Shown here in pieces: positions 1-12,942 of a stretch of 64,000 bases of DNA. The stretch is taken from assembly GCA_963798065.1 (NCBI GenBank), contig CAWCSC010000030.1, positions 2,293 to 66,292 on the forward strand, given 5' to 3'. The notes below the pieces were generated by a model that worked only from the letters and a program-made list of their open reading frames with translations, was not told the DNA's origin and searched no databases. The DNA is from an uncultured Actinomycetota bacterium (GTDB lineage Bacteria; Actinomycetota; Actinomycetes; Streptomycetales; Streptomycetaceae). Both the position numbers and the translations under genes were made by a program. Each line of letters begins with the position of its first letter. Position 1 is the first letter of the stretch.

Positions 1-101
1 GTTCACGCTGAAGCTCCTCGCGAACCTCACGGACCCGACCGGGCGGCGACGCGATGGACCGCATCATCAACGGGCTGAGCAAGGTGGCCCCGAAGGCCTG
101 A
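1..101 (+). CDS. 3' end of geranylgeranyl reductase family (MenJ-like) flavoprotein, partial
   Basis: Reads FTLKLLANLTDPTG..DAMDRIINGLSKVAPKA* across one apparent extra base; this C-terminus and the position next to def/nuo are typical of this family in Streptomyces. Confidence 0.6.
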
Positions 102-731
102 TCAGGCACTCGGCCGCTTCGACGTTGGCGGCCCGGCGGGCGAGCACCTCGTCCCGCCGGTCCGCCACCTGCCGCAGCGCGTCCTTCCGCTCCCGCTTGG
201 AGAGCCGGTCCAGATAGAGCCGCCCGTCGCAGTGATCGGCCTCGTGGGCGAGGCAGCGGGCGAAGTACCCCGTGCCCTCGATCGACGAGCGGTTCGCCGT
301 CCCTGTCGTACCCGCGCACGACGGCCCGGTCCGGACGCGGTACGTCCATGGTGGCGCCGGGCACCGACAGGCACCCCTCGGCCTCGTCGAGCAGCCGCCG
401 GTCCCGCCGGGTCGAGCGGCTCCAGCACCGGGTTGACGATGTGCCCGACGTGCCGCACCCCGTCGTCGTCCGGGCAGTCGTACACGAACAGCCGCAGGTC
501 GACACCGACCTGGTTCGCCGCGAGCCCCGCCCCGTCCGCGATGTACATCGTCAGGAACATGTCGTCGATGAGCGCGGCGAGGTCCGGGCCGAACTCGGTG
601 ACGTCCCGGCACGGCTTGTGCAGGACCTCCTCACCCACCTCGGTGATCCGCCGGACCTTCCCGTGCCGGGCCTCGGGCGCGAGCCGGGGATACGAGTCGA
701 CGGGCCGTCCTTGCACGAAGACGCTTGGCAT
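102..731 (-). CDS. def: Peptide deformylase (frameshifted in this assembly)
   Basis: GAGLAANQVG motif 1 in the 102..731 frame; ARCLAHEADHCDG metal-binding motif in the 67..612 frame. Confidence 0.9.
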   Translation of the reverse strand: MPSVFVQGRPVDSYPRLAPEARHGKVRRITEVGEEVLHKPCRDVTEFGPDLAALIDDMFLTMYIADGAGLAANQVGVDLRLFVYDCPDDDGVRHVGHIVNPVLEPLDPAGPAAARRGRGVPVGARRHHGRTASGPGRRARVRQGRRTARRSRARGTSPAASPTRPITATGGSIWTGSPSGSGRTRCGRWRTGGTRCSPAGPPTSKRPSA

Positions 732-820
732 CTGCTGTCTCTCCCTGTGTCTGTGAGGCTGCTGTGGGTGGCGGGAACCGGGCTTCCGGCGTCGAAAGCC
801 CCTCCCTGCCCTCCGGACTC

Positions 821-1600
821 ATGACAACAGAACACGCGCAGCAGTCCCAGGAGCACTCCGGCCACACCCGCAGTCGCTTCCTGACGGCCGCCGGGGGAGC
901 GGCGGGTGCCGCTGCCTCAGGCCCCGCCGCCGGCGGCGGGGCGAGCGCCGCGCCCGTCCTCGGCGGTGGCGTCTTTGGCCTCGGCGCCGCCCACGAACTC
1001 GCCGAGCGGGGCTACGCCGTCACCGTCTACGAGTACTACGACGCCCTCGGCGGCAAGGCCCGCTCGATGGGCGTCCCGGGCACGGGCACCGGCACCGGCG
1101 GCCGCAAGCCGCTCCCCGGCGCCTGCATCACCGACGGCGTACACGGCAATCTCCGGGCCGTCTCCTCGTCCACCTCACCAGCCGCGAGGCCCGACGCGAG
1201 GGCCAGTGGGAGAACGTCGCCCGGTGGGACTTCATGCGTGCCGAGGAGAACTCGGCGTCGAGTTCTCCTCGGCACGCAGGTCCACGAGGTCCTCTGCGAC
1301 GGCGGCCGGGCGGCCGGCGTTCTACTGCGGACCCCGACCCCTGTCGTGCACGGCCACCTCAACTGCCTCGACTCGCCCCGGTCGGTGACGGCCATCGGCC
1401 GGGCCCGGTGCTGGGACGTACGGGACTTCCCGCGCGGAGTCCGCACGGCGCGCGGTCAACGCCTTGCGGTGCGGACAATCCGGACGTCGAGCGCTGTCGG
1501 GTCCGGGACCCGTACCGGACGCCCGAGACGGAGCCTGCGAAGCGCGTGGACGAGCCGCGCCACCGGCTGGGGCCGCCCAACACGTTCGGCCTCGGTCAGG
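821..1600 (+). pseudogene. Degenerate FAD-dependent oxidoreductase with Tat-like leader
   Basis: TRSRFL leader, VLGGGVFGLGAAHELAERGYAVTVYE...LGGKARS dinucleotide-binding start, then short conserved-looking blocks in changing frames; much shorter than an intact family member. Confidence 0.7.
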
Positions 1601-1645
1601 CCGTCAGAGAGCCGCCTGGGCGGCTTGAGGGGCGTGACGGGACGA

Positions 1646-1676
1646 GAGGGCCGCTGCCCGGTCGGCGGCGGCCCTC
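1646..1676. terminator. Stem-loop downstream of NlpC/P60 gene
   Basis: GAGGGCCGCTGCC-cggtc-GGCGGCGGCCCTC inverted repeat 16 bp past the stop. Confidence 0.55.
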
Positions 1677-1692
1677 GAGTCCGTGGATGAGA

Positions 1693-2490
1693 TCAGAGGA
1701 CGCGGACGGCGCCCGACGCCGGGTAGCCCGACAGGTCCTGGACGACGACGCCCTTGGACGGGTTGGCCGCGTCCAGGTACTGGCCGTCTCCGATGTAGAC
1801 GCCCACGTGGTACGCGGAGCCCTTGCCACCCCAGTAGAGGATGTCGCCGACCTGGAGGTTGGACAGCGAGACCTCGCTGCCGGCCATCGACTGGTCCTGC
1901 GAGACGCGCGGCAGGTCCACACCAACCTGCTTGTACGCGGCCTGCACGAGGGAAGAGCAGTCCCAGGCGTTGGGACCGGTGGCGCCCATGACGTAGGCGT
2001 CGCCCACCTGCGCCTGGAGGAAGGCGACGACGGTCGCGACGCTGCCACTGGCAGGCGCGGACGCCGACGTCGAGACGGACGCGGAGAGGGTGGCGCGCTC
2101 GGCGTTGCGCGTGGCGCGCTCGGCGGCGGCCTTGCGGGCGGCCTCGGCGGCCTTCTTCTTGGCCTCCGCCTTCTTCTTCGCCTCGGCGAGGTCCTTCTTG
2201 GCCTCCTTGGCGGCCTTGGCGGCGGCGGCGTCACGCTCGGCGCGCAGCTCGTAGTTCGCGGCCGCCTGCTGGGTGGCGTCCGCGGACTGGGCGACCTGGG
2301 TGGCCATGTCGGCCGTCAGGGTGGGCAGTTCGATGGTCTGCGTCACCGGCTCGGCGGCGTTCGCCGAGGCCGACGCACCCGCCGCTGCCATGCTGAGAAC
2401 GCCACCGGCGACTCCGGCACGCATGGCGATCGAAGAGGTCGCACTGCGGCGGGGCTTCCGGTGGCTGCGTATGTGAGCGGTGTGGGACAT
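1693..2490 (-). CDS. Secreted NlpC/P60 (C40) peptidoglycan endopeptidase
   Basis: HRKPRR signal region, Ala/Lys coiled coil, catalytic WDCSSLV and YHVGVYIG motifs. Confidence 0.92.
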   Translation of the reverse strand: MSHTAHIRSHRKPRRSATSSIAMRAGVAGGVLSMAAAGASASANAAEPVTQTIELPTLTADMATQVAQSADATQQAAANYELRAERDAAAAKAAKEAKKDLAEAKKKAEAKKKAAEAARKAAAERATRNAERATLSASVSTSASAPASGSVATVVAFLQAQVGDAYVMGATGPNAWDCSSLVQAAYKQVGVDLPRVSQDQSMAGSEVSLSNLQVGDILYWGGKGSAYHVGVYIGDGQYLDAANPSKGVVVQDLSGYPASGAVRVL

Positions 2491-2729
2491 GGGAATAACC
2501 GGTACCAGGGGCTCCTTCATATCTTCAAGAAACGTGTGCTGCGCCACAGTTACTCAATCGGGCCCCCAAAACCCTCTCACGAGGCCCTTTATTGACGCCG
2601 TAACGGACAATGCGGGCGCATCGTGACCGGCCTGTGATCACGGTCTTTGATCAATACGCCCGAATTGCCCCGCACCTACCATCGGTTGGGTTGATTGGCC
2701 AAGCCCCGTTCTCATGACCCTCTCACCAA

Positions 2730-2745
2730 CGTGACGGAGGTCACG
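2730..2745. promoter_or_regulatory. Crp-like site in NlpC/P60-nuoA intergenic region
   Basis: CGTGA-CGGAGG-TCACG fits GTGA-N6-TCAC; weaker matches at 3039-3054 and 3072-3087. Confidence 0.5.
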
Positions 2746-3119
2746 GAACGGCTGTCGGCCCGGCCGCGTCCCGCGCTGAGATCACGAGCGGATCACGACC
2801 TCGCGAAGATCGTGAACGCATGCACGCGTCCACATCCCGCTCCACACGCCCTCTGATGTGTGAACGCGGCCTCTACCAAGAGATCGAGGTCGGCACCAAT
2901 TTGCATGCAAGGGAACCCTCTTGATATTGAGACGGACCCTCTGGCCTGCGCTGACTAGGCAAAATGTCACGTCTGGTGATCGCCCGGACGCTTCGCGTGT
3001 GAAGATCACCGCTCATCCGACTTCATGATCCTTCGTCAGGTGGTGGAGATCACAAAGCTTGTGCAATACCCCGTGTCGCAGATCACAGAGCGACAGGCAT
3101 AAGATGCACGCGGTTGGGC

Positions 3120-3137
3120 TTGTGACCTGCTTCACAT
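3120..3137. promoter_or_regulatory. Rex operator (ROP) upstream of nuoA
   Basis: TTGTGACCTGCTTCACAT matches the TTGTGAA-N4-TTCACAA Rex consensus; Rex control of nuoA-N is established in S. coelicolor. Confidence 0.85.
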
Positions 3138-3244
3138 GTTCTCGATCTTCGCCGGGGCGGGCGGGGTTCGTGGGACGGACGGGGCGGATGTGAGCCCGAT
3201 GCAAACCGCCAGCAGTCAGTGCCGACTGAGAGGAGCGAGGAGCG

Positions 3245-3604
3245 GTGAACGCGTATGCGCCCATCCTCGTACTGGGAGCCCTCGGGGCAGGCTTTGCGAT
3301 CTTCTCCGTGGTCATGGCCACGTTGATCGGGCCGAAGCGGTACAACCGGGCCAAGCTCGAGGCGTACGAGTGCGGTATCGAGCCGACCCCCACGCCGGCC
3401 GGCGGCGGGCGGTTCCCCATCAAGTACTACCTGACGGCGATGCTCTTCATCGTCTTCGACATCGAGATCGTCTTCCTCTACCCCTGGGCCGTCACCTTCG
3501 ACGCCCTGGGGATCTTCGGGCTCGTGGAGATGCTGCTCTTCGTGCTCACCGTCTTCGTCGCGTACGCGTACGTATGGCGGCGCGGCGGCCTGGAATGGGA
3601 CTGA
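3245..3604 (+). CDS. nuoA: NADH-quinone oxidoreductase subunit A
   Basis: AYECGIEP and [15 protein letters not shown] motifs. Confidence 0.97.
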   Translation: MNAYAPILVLGALGAGFAIFSVVMATLIGPKRYNRAKLEAYECGIEPTPTPAGGGRFPIKYYLTAMLFIVFDIEIVFLYPWAVTFDALGIFGLVEMLLFVLTVFVAYAYVWRRGGLEWD

Positions 3605-3617
3605 GGGGCCTTTAGTC

Positions 3618-4168
<551 letters not shown>

Positions 4169-4172
<4 letters not shown>

Positions 4173-4912
4173 GCGACGAGAACGGTGCCAACGGCGCGAA
4201 CCCCGAGAAGGACCTGTCGGCCTCCAACCTCCCCGGCCAGCGCGGCCAGGGCGGCGAGGAGATCCGCGTCCAGCGCGGCATGTTCGGCGCCGACAACGGC
4301 GGCGACACCTCCGGCTACGGCGGCCTGGTCCGCTCGGTCCGGCTCCCGGGACCGGCGAGCCGGCCCTACGGCGGCTGGTTCGACGAGATCGCCGACGAGC
4401 TCGAGGGCGCCCTGGAGGAACAGGGCCTGGTCCCCGAGAACGCCATCGAGAAGACGGTGGTCGACCGCGACGAGCTGACCTTCCACATCGAGCGCGAGCA
4501 CCTGGTCCGCGTCGCCCGCACCCTGCGCGACGACCCGGCCCTGCGCTTCGAGCTGTGCACCGGCGTCAGCGGCGTGCACTACCCGAACGACAAGGGCCGC
4601 GAGCTGCACGCCGTCTACCACCTGCGCTCGATCACCCACAACCGGCTGATCCGCCTGGAGGTCAGCGCCCCCGACAGCGACCCGCACATCCCCTCGCTGT
4701 TCTCCGTCTATCCGACGAACGACTGGCACGAGCGCGAGACATACGACTTCTTCGGCATCGTCTTCGACGGTCACCCCGCCCTGACGCGGATCATGATGCC
4801 GGACGACTGGCAGGGCTTCCCGCAGCGCAAGGACTACCCCCTCGGCGGCATCCCCGTCGAGTACAAGGGCGCCCAGATCCCGGCCCCGGACCAGCGGAGG
4901 TCGTACTCATGA
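4169..4912 (+). CDS. nuoC: NADH-quinone oxidoreductase subunit C
   Basis: [18 protein letters not shown] and [11 protein letters not shown] overlaps nuoB stop. Confidence 0.95.
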
Positions 4913-6231
4913 GCACTTCGCACGCCTCCCCTCGCGAGACCACCGAGGGCACCGTCTACACCGTCACCGGCGGCGACTGGGACGAGGTCGTCCAGTCCGC
5001 GGTCCGCGCCGACGACGAGCGCATCGTCGTCAACATGGGCCCGCAGCACCCCTCCACCCACGGCGTGCTCCGCCTGATCCTGGAGATCGACGGCGAGACC
5101 GTCACCGAGGCCCGCTGCGGCATCGGCTACCTGCACACCGGCATCGAGAAGAGCCTCGAGTACCGGACATGGACGCAGGGCACCACGTTCGTGACGCGCA
5201 TGGACTACCTGACGTCGTTCTTCAACGAGACGGCGTACTGCCTCGGCGTCGAGAAGCTCCTCGGCATCGAGGACCACATCCCGGACCGGGCCTCGATCAT
5301 CCGCGTACTCCTGATGGAGCTGAACCGGCTGTCGTCGCACCTGGTGTGCATCGCCACCGGCGGCATGGAGCTCGGGGCCACCACGGTCATGATCTACGGA
5401 TTCCGTGATCGTGAACTCATTCTCGATATCTACGAGCTGATCACCGGCCTGCGGATGAACCACGCGTACATCCGCCCCGGCGGACTCGCCCAGGACCTGC
5501 CGCCCGGCGCGGTGGACCAGGTCCGCGAGTTCGTGAAGAAGATGAAGAAGAACCTCCCGGAGTACGACAAGCTCGCCACCGGGAACCCCATCTTCAAGGC
5601 CCGCATGCAGGACGTCGGCTACCTGGACCTGGTCGGCTGCGTGGCCCTCGGCGCGACGGGCCCGATCCTGCGCGCCACCGGCCTGCCGCACGACCTGCGC
5701 AAGGCACAGCCGTACTGCGGCTACGAGACGTACGACTTCGACGTCCCGACCGCGGACACCTGCGACTCCTACGGCCGCTTCCTGATCCGGCTGGAGGAGA
5801 TGCGCCAGTCGCTCAGGATCGTCGAGCAGTGCCTGGACCGGCTCCAGCCCGGTCCGGTCATGGTCGCCGACAAGAAGATCGCCTGGCCGGCCCAGCTCGC
5901 CCTCGGGCCCGATGGCCTCGGCAACTCCCTCGACCACATCAAGAAGATCATGGGCACCTCCATGGAGGCTCTGATCCACCACTTCAAACTGGTCACCGAG
6001 GGCTTCCGTGTCCCGCCGGGACAGGCGTACACGGCGGTCGAGTCGCCCAAGGGCGAGCTCGGCGTGCACGTCGTGTCCGACGGCGGCACCCGCCCCTACC
6101 GGGTCCACTTCCGCGACCCGTCCTTCACCAACCTTCAGGCCATGGCGGCGATGTGCGAGGGCGGCCAGGTCGCCGACGTCATCGTCGCCGTCGCGTCCAT
6201 CGACCCCGTGATGGGAGGCGTCGACCGGTGA
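4909..6231 (+). CDS. nuoD: NADH-quinone oxidoreductase subunit D
   Basis: [25 protein letters not shown]-terminal DPVMGGVDR. Confidence 0.97.
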   Translation: MSTSHASPRETTEGTVYTVTGGDWDEVVQSAVRADDERIVVNMGPQHPSTHGVLRLILEIDGETVTEARCGIGYLHTGIEKSLEYRTWTQGTTFVTRMDYLTSFFNETAYCLGVEKLLGIEDHIPDRASIIRVLLMELNRLSSHLVCIATGGMELGATTVMIYGFRDRELILDIYELITGLRMNHAYIRPGGLAQDLPPGAVDQVREFVKKMKKNLPEYDKLATGNPIFKARMQDVGYLDLVGCVALGATGPILRATGLPHDLRKAQPYCGYETYDFDVPTADTCDSYGRFLIRLEEMRQSLRIVEQCLDRLQPGPVMVADKKIAWPAQLALGPDGLGNSLDHIKKIMGTSMEALIHHFKLVTEGFRVPPGQAYTAVESPKGELGVHVVSDGGTRPYRVHFRDPSFTNLQAMAAMCEGGQVADVIVAVASIDPVMGGVDR

Positions 6232-7088
6232 CCACCTCTTCTTCGGAGCGGGGCGTGAGCCTGGGCATGCCCGAACTGCCCGCGCCCGCTTACCCGGACG
6301 ACGTCCGAGCCCGTCTGGAGACGGACGCGCGCGAGGTCATCGCCCGCTACCCGGACTCGCGGTCCGCCCTCCTGCCGCTGCTGCACCTCGTGCAGTCGGA
6401 GGAGGGGCACGTCACGCGCACCGGGATGCGGTTCTGCGCGGACATGCTCGGCCTGACCACGGCCGAGGTCACCGCGGTCGCCACCTTCTACACCATGTAC
6501 CGGCGCCGGCCGAGCGGTGACTACCAGGTGGGGGTGTGCACCAACACCCTGTGTGCCGTGATGGGCGGTGACGCGATCTTCGAGGAGCTCCAGGAGCACC
6601 TCGGCGTCGGCAACGGCGAGACCACCGACGACGGCAAGGTCACCCTGGAGCACATCGAGTGCAACGCGGCCTGCGACTTCGCGCCGGTCGTGATGGTCAA
6701 CTGGGAGTTCTTCGACAACCAGACCCCGGGCAGCGCCAAGCGCCTCGTCGACGACCTGCGCGCGGGACGGCCGGTCACGCCCACCCGCGGTGCTCCCCTG
6801 TGCACCTTCAAGGAGACCGCCCGGGTCCTGGCGGGCTTCCCCGACGAGCGGGACGGGGCCGTCGAGTCCGGCGGAAGCGCGGGTCCCGCCTCCCTGGTCG
6901 GCCTGAAGCTCGCCAAGGGGGAGGCCGCTCCCGCGCGCGTAGTGCATCCGCGCGGGGAGACCCCCCGGGACGACACGACGCACGAGCCGTCACCGACGGA
7001 GCACTTGAGCTCGCACGACGCGCCGCAGGACACGTCGGCCTCCGACCCTGCCCATCCGGCCGGGCCTGCCGCCGAGGAGGGGGAGTGA
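6228..7088 (+). CDS. nuoE: NADH-quinone oxidoreductase subunit E
   Basis: [14 protein letters not shown] and ECNAAC 2Fe-2S ligands. Confidence 0.95.
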   Translation: MTTSSSERGVSLGMPELPAPAYPDDVRARLETDAREVIARYPDSRSALLPLLHLVQSEEGHVTRTGMRFCADMLGLTTAEVTAVATFYTMYRRRPSGDYQVGVCTNTLCAVMGGDAIFEELQEHLGVGNGETTDDGKVTLEHIECNAACDFAPVVMVNWEFFDNQTPGSAKRLVDDLRAGRPVTPTRGAPLCTFKETARVLAGFPDERDGAVESGGSAGPASLVGLKLAKGEAAPARVVHPRGETPRDDTTHEPSPTEHLSSHDAPQDTSASDPAHPAGPAAEEGE

Positions 7089-8434
7089 TGACCTTGGCAC
7101 CCGAGCTGAAAGACATGAGCCCTGAGAAGCTGCTCGCACCGGTGCTGTCGGCCTTCTGGGACGAGGACGAGTCCTGGACGCTGGACGTCTACCGGAGGCA
7201 CGAGGGGTACGAGGGGCTCCGCAAGGCGCTCGCCATGTCGCCGGACGACCTGATCGCGTACGTCAAGGACTCCGGTCTGCGCGGGCGCGGCGGCGCGGGA
7301 TTCCCCACGGGGATGAAGTGGCAGTTCATTCCCCAGGGCGATGGAAAGCCGCACTATCTGGTCGTCAACGCCGACGAGTCGGAGCCCGGGACGTGCAAGG
7401 ACATCCCGCTCCTCTTCGCGAACCCGCACAGCCTCATCGAGGGCATGATCATCGCGTGTTACGCCATCAGGTCGTCGCATGCCTTCATCTATCTGCGGGG
7501 TGAAGTCGTCCCGGTTCTGCGGCGGTTGCACTCTGCCGTGCGCGAGGCCTACGAGGCGGGTTACCTCGGCGAGAACATCCTGGGCAGCGGACTCGATCTC
7601 GACATCACCGTGCACGCCGGCGCCGGGGCGTACATCTGCGGTGAGGAGACGGCGCTGCTGGACTCGCTCGAAGGCCGCCGGGGCCAACCGCGGCTTCGTC
7701 CCCCCTTCCCTGCTGTCGCGGGCCTCTACGCGTGCCCGACTGTGGTGAACAACGTCGAGTCGATCGCGTCGGTTCCCGCGATCATGACCCGGGGCAAGGA
7801 CTGGTTCCGGTCGATGGGCAGCGAGAAGTCGCCCGGCTTCACGCTCTACTCCCTCAGCGGCCACGTCGCCAGTCCCGGCCAGTACGAGGCGCCGCTCGGG
7901 ATCACGCTCCGCCAGCTCCTCGAGATGAGCGGCGGCATGCGCCCCGGGCACCGCCTGAAGTTCTGGACGCCGGGCGGCTCCTCGACCCCGATGTTCACCG
8001 ACGAGCATCTCGACGTCCCTCTTGATTACGAAGGAGTGGGCGCCGCGGGTTCCATGCTCGGCACAAAAGCGCTCCAGTGCTTCGACGAGACGACCTGCGT
8101 GGTGCGGGCCGTCACACGCTGGACCGAGTTCTACGCCCACGAGTCCTGCGGCAAGTGCACGCCCTGCCGCGAAGGCACGTACTGGCTCGTGCAGTTGCTG
8201 CGCGACATCGAGGCCGGCAAGGGACGGATGTCCGACCTCGACAAGCTCAACGACATCGCCGACAACATCAACGGCAAGTCCTTCTGTGCCCTCGGCGACG
8301 GCGCCGCCTCGCCGATCTTCTCCTCGCTCAAGTACTTCCGCGAGGAGTACGAGCAGCACATCACGGGCCGGGGCTGTCCCTTCGACCCGGCCAAGTCGAC
8401 GGCCTGGGCCGACCGCACGGAGGTGAACGCATGA
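7085..8434 (+). CDS. nuoF: NADH-quinone oxidoreductase subunit F
   Basis: [50 protein letters not shown]. Confidence 0.97.
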   Translation: MMTLAPELKDMSPEKLLAPVLSAFWDEDESWTLDVYRRHEGYEGLRKALAMSPDDLIAYVKDSGLRGRGGAGFPTGMKWQFIPQGDGKPHYLVVNADESEPGTCKDIPLLFANPHSLIEGMIIACYAIRSSHAFIYLRGEVVPVLRRLHSAVREAYEAGYLGENILGSGLDLDITVHAGAGAYICGEETALLDSLEGRRGQPRLRPPFPAVAGLYACPTVVNNVESIASVPAIMTRGKDWFRSMGSEKSPGFTLYSLSGHVASPGQYEAPLGITLRQLLEMSGGMRPGHRLKFWTPGGSSTPMFTDEHLDVPLDYEGVGAAGSMLGTKALQCFDETTCVVRAVTRWTEFYAHESCGKCTPCREGTYWLVQLLRDIEAGKGRMSDLDKLNDIADNINGKSFCALGDGAASPIFSSLKYFREEYEQHITGRGCPFDPAKSTAWADRTEVNA

Positions 8435-10935
8435 CCGTGACCACCAACGCTCCCTCCGGTGGGGGAGAGGCGGCGGTCCCGCCGGAGGACCTCGTGTCGC
8501 TGACGATCGACGGCGTCGAGATCAGCGTGCCCAAGGGCACTCTGGTCATCCGGGCCGCCGAACAGCTCGGCATCGAGATCCCCCGGTTCTGCGACCACCC
8601 CCTCCTCGATCCGGCCGGCGCCTGCCGCCAGTGCATCGTCGAGGTCGAGGGCCAGCGCAAGCCCATGGCGTCCTGCACCATCACCTGCACCGACGGGATG
8701 GTGGTGAAGACCCATCTCACCTCGCCGGTCGCGGAGAAGGCGCAGAAGGGTGTGATGGAGCTCCTGCTCATCAACCACCCGCTGGACTGCCCGGTCTGTG
8801 ACAAGGGCGGCGAGTGCCCGCTGCAGAACCAGGCCATGTCGCACGGCGACACCGACTCCCGCTTCGAGGGCCGCAAGCGGACCTACGAGAAGCCCGTCCC
8901 GATCTCCACACAGGTGCTGCTCGACCGCGAGCGGTGCGTGCTGTGCGCCCGCTGCACCCGGTTCTCCAACCAGGTCGCGGGCGACCCGATGATCGAGCTG
9001 GTGGAGCGGGGCGCGCTCCAGCAGGTCGGTACCGGCGAGGGCGACCCGTTCGAGTCGTACTTCTCCGGCAACACCATCCAGATCTGCCCGGTCGGCGCGC
9101 TGACCTCGGCGGCGTACCGATTCCGCTCCCGCCCCTTCGACCTGGTCTCCTCCCCGTCGGTCTGCGAACACTGCTCCGGCGGCTGCGCCACGCGCACCGA
9201 CCACCGGCGCGGCAAGGTCATGCGGCGGCTCGCGGCGAACGACCCCGAGGTCAACGAGGAGTGGATCTGTGACAAGGGGCGGTTCGGGTTCCGGTACGCC
9301 CAGCAGCGGGACCGGTTGCAGACGCCGCTGGTGCGCAATGCCGAGGGCGAGCTGGAACCGGCCTCCTGGCCCGAGGCGCTGCAGATCGCGGCCCAGGGGC
9401 TGCTGGCCTCCCGGGGCCGGACCGGTGTCCTGACCGGCGGCCGGCTCACCATCGAGGACGCCTACGCGTACAGCAAGTTCGCGCGCGTGGCGCTCGACAC
9501 CAACGACATCGACTTCCGTGCGCGCGTGCACAGCAGTGAGGAGGCCGACTTCCTCGCCGCCCAGGTCGCCGGGCGTGGCCGGGACCTCGACGGTACGGGC
9601 GTCACGTACGCCGCACTGGAGAAGGCACCCGCCGTCCTGCTGGTCGGGTTCGAGGCGGAGGAGGAGGCGCCCGGCGTCTTCCTGCGGCTGCGCAAGGCCT
9701 GGCGGGGGCACGGGCAGCGGGTCTTCTCGCTGGCCACGCACGCCACGCGCGGTCTGGAGAAGGCCGGTGGCACGCTGCTCCCGGCGGCTCCCGGTACCGA
9801 GACCGAGTGGCTGGACGCGCTCGGGGGCGGCATCGACCTGGAGGGCGACGGCGCCACGGCCGCCGAGGCGCTGCGCGCCGAGGGTGCTGTGATCGTCGTC
9901 GGTGAGCGGCTGGCCGCGGTGGCCGGCGGACTCACCGCCGCCGTACGCGCCGCCTCCGCGACCGGTGCCCGGCTGGCGTGGATCCCGCGCCGGGCCGGGG
10001 AGCGCGGTGCCGTCGAGGCGGGCGCGCTGCCGTCGCTGCTGCCGGGCGGCCGTCCGGCCACCGACCCGCGCGCGCGTGACGAGGTCGCCGGCGTCTGGGG
10101 CGTGGCCGGCCTCCCGCACCGCTATGGCCGTGACACCGGCCAGATCGTCGAGGCCGCCGCGACCGGCGAGCTCCAGGCCCTGCTGGTGGCGGGCGTGGAG
10201 ATCGCCGACCTGCCCGACCCGGCACGCGCGCGTGCGGCACTCGACGAGGTCGGCTTCCTGGTCTCGCTCGAACTGCGGCCCAGCGAGGTCAGCCGCAAGG
10301 CCGATGTCGTCCTGCCCGTCGGCGCGGTCGCCGAGAAGGCCGGCACCTTCCTCAACTGGGAAGGCCGGGTCCGCTTCTTCGAGGCCGCGCTCAAGCCCGA
10401 CCAGATGACCCGCCGCCTCGCGCCCACCGACGCGCGCGTGCTGCAGATGCTCGCCGACGCCATGGACGTCCACCTCGGACTGCCGGATCTGCGCACCGTG
10501 CGCGCGGAGATCGACCGGCTCGGCGCATGGGACGGCCCGCGGGCCACCGAACCCCTGGAGACCGCGGGCACGCTGCCCCGCCCGGCCGTCGGCGAGGCCG
10601 TACTCGCCGGGCACCGGCTGCTGCTCGACCAGGGCCTCCTCCAGCAGGGCGACGAGGCACTAGCCGGAACCCGGCACGCCGCACGCGCGCGCGTGTCGGC
10701 CGCGACGGCCGCCGAGGCGGGCGTGGAGGAAGGCGCACTCCTCGCGGTGACCGGCCCCCAGGGAGTCGTCGAACTCCCGCTCCAGATCAGTGAGATGCCC
10801 GACCGGGTGGTGTGGCTCCCGCTGAACTCCGCCGGAAGCGGCGTCGCCTCCGACACCGGGGCGCGGCCCGGCTCCCTCGTCCGCATCGGCCCGGCGACAC
10901 TCGCCGGCGAGGCCCCCAAGGAGGTGGAGGCATGA
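8431..10935 (+). CDS. nuoG: NADH-quinone oxidoreductase subunit G
   Basis: [38 protein letters not shown]. Confidence 0.97.
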   Translation: MTVTTNAPSGGGEAAVPPEDLVSLTIDGVEISVPKGTLVIRAAEQLGIEIPRFCDHPLLDPAGACRQCIVEVEGQRKPMASCTITCTDGMVVKTHLTSPVAEKAQKGVMELLLINHPLDCPVCDKGGECPLQNQAMSHGDTDSRFEGRKRTYEKPVPISTQVLLDRERCVLCARCTRFSNQVAGDPMIELVERGALQQVGTGEGDPFESYFSGNTIQICPVGALTSAAYRFRSRPFDLVSSPSVCEHCSGGCATRTDHRRGKVMRRLAANDPEVNEEWICDKGRFGFRYAQQRDRLQTPLVRNAEGELEPASWPEALQIAAQGLLASRGRTGVLTGGRLTIEDAYAYSKFARVALDTNDIDFRARVHSSEEADFLAAQVAGRGRDLDGTGVTYAALEKAPAVLLVGFEAEEEAPGVFLRLRKAWRGHGQRVFSLATHATRGLEKAGGTLLPAAPGTETEWLDALGGGIDLEGDGATAAEALRAEGAVIVVGERLAAVAGGLTAAVRAASATGARLAWIPRRAGERGAVEAGALPSLLPGGRPATDPRARDEVAGVWGVAGLPHRYGRDTGQIVEAAATGELQALLVAGVEIADLPDPARARAALDEVGFLVSLELRPSEVSRKADVVLPVGAVAEKAGTFLNWEGRVRFFEAALKPDQMTRRLAPTDARVLQMLADAMDVHLGLPDLRTVRAEIDRLGAWDGPRATEPLETAGTLPRPAVGEAVLAGHRLLLDQGLLQQGDEALAGTRHAARARVSAATAAEAGVEEGALLAVTGPQGVVELPLQISEMPDRVVWLPLNSAGSGVASDTGARPGSLVRIGPATLAGEAPKEVEA

Positions 10936-12308
10936 GCCCGTACCTCGCCGCTGAAGACCTCTCGATGTTCGGCCAGGACCCGTGGTGGCTGGTCGTCATC
11001 AAGGCGGTGTTCTGCTTCGCCTTCCTGATGGTGACCGTGCTGGTCTCCATCGTCATGGAGCGCAAGGTCGTCGCCTGGATGCAGCTGCGCGTCGGCCCCA
11101 ACCGGCACGGCCCCTGGGGCATGCTCCAGTCGCTCGCCGACGGCATCAAGCTGATGCTCAAGGAAGACGTCATCGTCAAGCGCGCGGACAAGGCGGTGTA
11201 CGTCCTCGCGCCGGTCATCGCGGCCATCCCGGCCTTCATGGCGATCGCGGTGATCCCCTTCGGGCCGGCCGGCAACGAGATCTCGATCTTCGGCCAGCGC
11301 ACCACGATGCAGCTCACCGACCTGCCGATCGCGATGCTCTACATCCTCGCGGTCGCCTCGGTCGGCATCTACGGCATCGTCCTCGCGGGCTGGAGCTCCG
11401 GCTCGACGTACCCGCTGCTGGGGGGCTTGCGCTCCTGCGCGCAGATGATCTCCTACGAGATCGCGATGGGCGCCTCCTTCGCCTCCGTTTTCCTCTACTC
11501 GGGGTCGATGTCGACGTCGACGATCGTCGAGCAGCAGACCGACCGTTGGTACATCCTGCTGCTGCCGCTCTCCTTCATCCTCTACATCGTCACGATGGTC
11601 GGCGAGACCAACCGCGCCCCCTTCGACATGCCGGAGTCCGAGGGCGACCTGGTCGGCGGCTTCAACACCGAGTACTCGTCGATCAAGTTCGCGATGTTCA
11701 TGCTCGCCGAGTACGTCAACATGGTGACCGTCTCGGCCGTCGCCACCACGCTGTTCCTCGGCGGCTGGCGGGCCCCGTGGCCGATCAGCACCTTCTGGGA
11801 GGGCGCGAACCACGGCTGGTGGCCGATGCTCTGGTTCACGGTCAAGGTCCAGCTGCTGCTCTTCATGTTCATCTGGATCCGCGGCACGCTCCCGCGCGTG
11901 CGCTACGACCAGCTGATGAAGCTCGGCTGGAAGGTCCTCATCCCGGTTTCGCTGGTGTGGCTGATGCTCGTCGCGACCGTGCGGGCCCTGCGGAACGAGA
12001 ACTACGACTTCGCCGACATCGCCCTCTACGTCGGCGGCGGCGTGCTGGCCCTGTTGCTGCTCTCCTTCGTCGCCGACATGTTCCGCGAGAAGTCGAAGCA
12101 GGCCGGGCAGCCGGCCGAGACCCCGGCCGCCTTCGACCCGATGGCGGGCGGATTCCCCGTGCCGCCGCTGCCCGGACAGGAGCTTTCACCGGCTCCACGA
12201 CGCCGCTCGCGCCGTGAGCGGGAGCTGATTGTCAGTGGTGGGACCGATACTCAGAGTGACGAATCTCTGGGCGGATCTACGGATGGAAAGGAGGCGTCCG
12301 ATGGCTGA
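10932..12308 (+). CDS. nuoH: NADH-quinone oxidoreductase subunit H
   Basis: [44 protein letters not shown]. Confidence 0.97.
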   Translation: MSPYLAAEDLSMFGQDPWWLVVIKAVFCFAFLMVTVLVSIVMERKVVAWMQLRVGPNRHGPWGMLQSLADGIKLMLKEDVIVKRADKAVYVLAPVIAAIPAFMAIAVIPFGPAGNEISIFGQRTTMQLTDLPIAMLYILAVASVGIYGIVLAGWSSGSTYPLLGGLRSCAQMISYEIAMGASFASVFLYSGSMSTSTIVEQQTDRWYILLLPLSFILYIVTMVGETNRAPFDMPESEGDLVGGFNTEYSSIKFAMFMLAEYVNMVTVSAVATTLFLGGWRAPWPISTFWEGANHGWWPMLWFTVKVQLLLFMFIWIRGTLPRVRYDQLMKLGWKVLIPVSLVWLMLVATVRALRNENYDFADIALYVGGGVLALLLLSFVADMFREKSKQAGQPAETPAAFDPMAGGFPVPPLPGQELSPAPRRRSRRERELIVSGGTDTQSDESLGGSTDGKEASDG

Positions 12309-12942
12309 GGAACCGAAGGACACCAAGCCCGGTTTCCAGAACCCCGTGGCCGGATTCGGCGTGACCTTCAAGGCCATGTTCAAGAAGCGGCTGACCGAGC
12401 AGTACCCGGAGCAGCAGAAGACCACGGCTCCGCGCTTCCACGGACGGCACCAGCTCAACCGCCATCCGGACGGCCTGGAGAAGTGCGTCGGCTGTGAACT
12501 GTGCGCCTGGGCCTGCCCCGCGGACGCGATCTACGTGGAGGGCGCGGACAACACCGATGAGGAGCGCTACTCGCCGGGCGAGCGGTACGGCCGCGTCTAC
12601 CAGATCAACTACGCCCGCTGCATCCTGTGCGGCCTGTGCATCGAGGCGTGCCCCACGCGCGCGCTGACGATGACGAACGAGTTCGAACTGGCCGACTCCA
12701 GCCGGGCGAACCTGATCTACACCAAGGAGCAGCTGCTCGCCGGTCTTGAGGAGGGCATGGTCGATTCGCCCCACGCCATCTACCCCGGGACGGACGAACA
12801 GGACTACTACCGGGGCCTGGTCACCGAGGCCGCGCCCGGCACGGAGCAGCAGGTCGCCCACTCCAAGGGCGAGGTCGTGCAGGAGGCCGACTCCACCTTC
12901 GGAGGCACCGAACCGGCGTCGGACGAGGTGATCGGCCGATGA
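12301..12942 (+). CDS. nuoI: NADH-quinone oxidoreductase subunit I
   Basis: [12 protein letters not shown] and [12 protein letters not shown]. Confidence 0.97.
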   Translation: MAEEPKDTKPGFQNPVAGFGVTFKAMFKKRLTEQYPEQQKTTAPRFHGRHQLNRHPDGLEKCVGCELCAWACPADAIYVEGADNTDEERYSPGERYGRVYQINYARCILCGLCIEACPTRALTMTNEFELADSSRANLIYTKEQLLAGLEEGMVDSPHAIYPGTDEQDYYRGLVTEAAPGTEQQVAHSKGEVVQEADSTFGGTEPASDEVIGR

